DNA of 63,569 nt, the filler included, from Folioceros fuciformis (Eukaryota): assembly GCA_049999805.1 (NCBI GenBank). It is 10 parts of 10 records of this genome, joined end to end, with 100 filler letters (N's around TTAATTAATTAA, not from the genome) between each part and the next. Parts side by side here need not be neighbours in the genome. Positions count along the whole stretch, not along the records: positions 57,312 to 63,569 come from JBNGIO010003376.1; 9 more parts are not named here. One strand, 5' to 3'. A model generated the notes under the pieces. That model worked only from the letters and a program-made list of their open reading frames with translations. It had not been told where the DNA came from and did not search any database. A program made the translations under genes and the position numbers. Within the stretch, counting starts at the first letter, position 1. Each line of letters starts with the position of its first letter. Positions 62,318 through 63,569 of this stretch are shown in pieces.

Positions 62318-63569
62318 GCAGAGGTCGGGAAACAATTTTTTAGTCAGGGGCTTTAGAAGTTTTTAAATCGGCTTAAACGGGCTCGAAAAGGCTCAAACGG
62401 GCTCGAATCGGCTCAAAAGGGGCTCCAAAAGGTTCAAAATGGGCCCGAAGTTTTTCTTTATCGAGAGGAGCGCCACCAGCAACTTTCAATGCCAAAACAA
62501 AATTTGCAAACCTAATATCTTTGATACACAACTGGGTAGATGTCTTGGTTCCGAAACGCACTTGTGTATGAGTTTTGAGCATTTTTATGATGTTTTCTAA
62601 GTTTTGGCATTCAGCATCAATGTGGGCATGGTAACTATATGTACTTTCCACCAAACCCTAGAGGCATGAGAATCGATGTATATATCTGTGTACTACTTGG
62701 AATCATGTGGTCTTACCGTGAGAAGATCCTCGCTTCTCTACAACTTTTCTAGTTAACAAAGCTGCGTGCCGATGCGGCCACAAGGGCGTCCCGATGGGGA
62801 CAATGAGTGATATACACAAAACATTATGTGCCACACACGTTTAGGGTTTTCAATTTAGGGTTTGGCAGGTTGGGGCCTTGCAGGGTTTCAAGGCGGCCAT
62901 GCTTTCATGGCTACTTGTACTTGCCACACTTCATGGGTTCTACAATTTAGTGCCTCAGCACTGCGTAGGTTAAATGTTGAGCTTGTGAAGCCACAAGGGT
63001 TTAGGGTACTCTAGGGTTCCAAATTGACAATTGTTCGTCCTATGTGCTATGCCAAAGGGACTGATATCACCTTTCGTTATTGCACAGCCCATGAGGGCAA
63101 GCCAAAGAGTTCCAGGGTTTCTATCAAAACACAATGTAGGTCTCCGCCAAAAGGGTCACAGGGTTTCTTCCAATCACAGGGTTTCTTCCAAAGCACAATG
63201 CAGGTGGAGACCGCAGACGACCACCCCCACGGGTGCAGGAAACGGGTGAGGGGTGAGGAGGCAATCCTGATCCATGGCTGGAAGGGACACCTGTTGGTTG
63301 TGGGAACTGAGGTTGCAGCGGGGCTAATGGCTTGTAATTGTGTAAAGGGCGACCACGTCTACAGCTTGCCTGCCTACATGACCAGCCCTGATTGTCTTAA
63401 TATGTGTGCCAAAAACTTTACATACTTTGTCCATTGGGACGATTCAAACTTTACACACTCTGTCCATTGGGACGATTCTTTGGTTCTTTAAAGACTCCGT
63501 CTTTTTCTGTCCACAAAGAGTTTATAATATAATTAAAAAAATTAGTTATACGATATATACTTAGGATTG
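62318..63569. mobile_element. Probable DNA-transposon debris
   Basis: CAGAGGTCGGGAAAC (hAT-like end) followed by clustered GGGCTCGAA/GGCTCAAA motifs (62370-62450), scattered TTTAGGG, and short duplications at ~63156-63192 and ~63415-63478. No matching second terminus seen. Confidence 0.3.

Noticed and set aside
62840-63020. Scattered TTTAGGG motifs
   Set aside because: Isolated telo-box-like copies, not a telomeric array.
63024-63491. ORF with a faint FAR1/MULE-like RVSIKTQC segment
   Set aside because: Too little similarity to call; interrupted by short duplications.

Overview
Draft-assembly window from a compact land-plant genome (GC-rich genes, ~75-120 bp GT-AG introns; bryophyte/lycophyte-like, e.g. 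hornwort, which is inference only). It is not one locus: nine artificial 100-nt linkers (N44-TTAATTAATTAA-N44) join ten contigs, so adjacency across linkers means nothing. Plant genes: SRP receptor alpha, an intronless UXT-type nucleotide-sugar transporter, a BRD1/2/13-type bromodomain protein, a SAMC-type mitochondrial carrier head-to-head with PIG-Y, NOM1/SGD1, a 76-aa basic protein, an SRF LRR kinase, ATP23 (partial), cyclin C and an intronless HPAT. Transposon relics: two Copia elements each inserted into a decayed LINE, a hAT pseudogene, a MITE and fragments of a retroelement accessory ORF. The standout is contig 15320-20690. It is extremely AT-rich and almost free of CpA/TpG, the signature of fungal repeat-induced point mutation (RIP). 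Reversing RIP-type transitions by eye recovers the ordered motifs of an intron-containing SNF2-family helicase gene that the ORF track cannot see.
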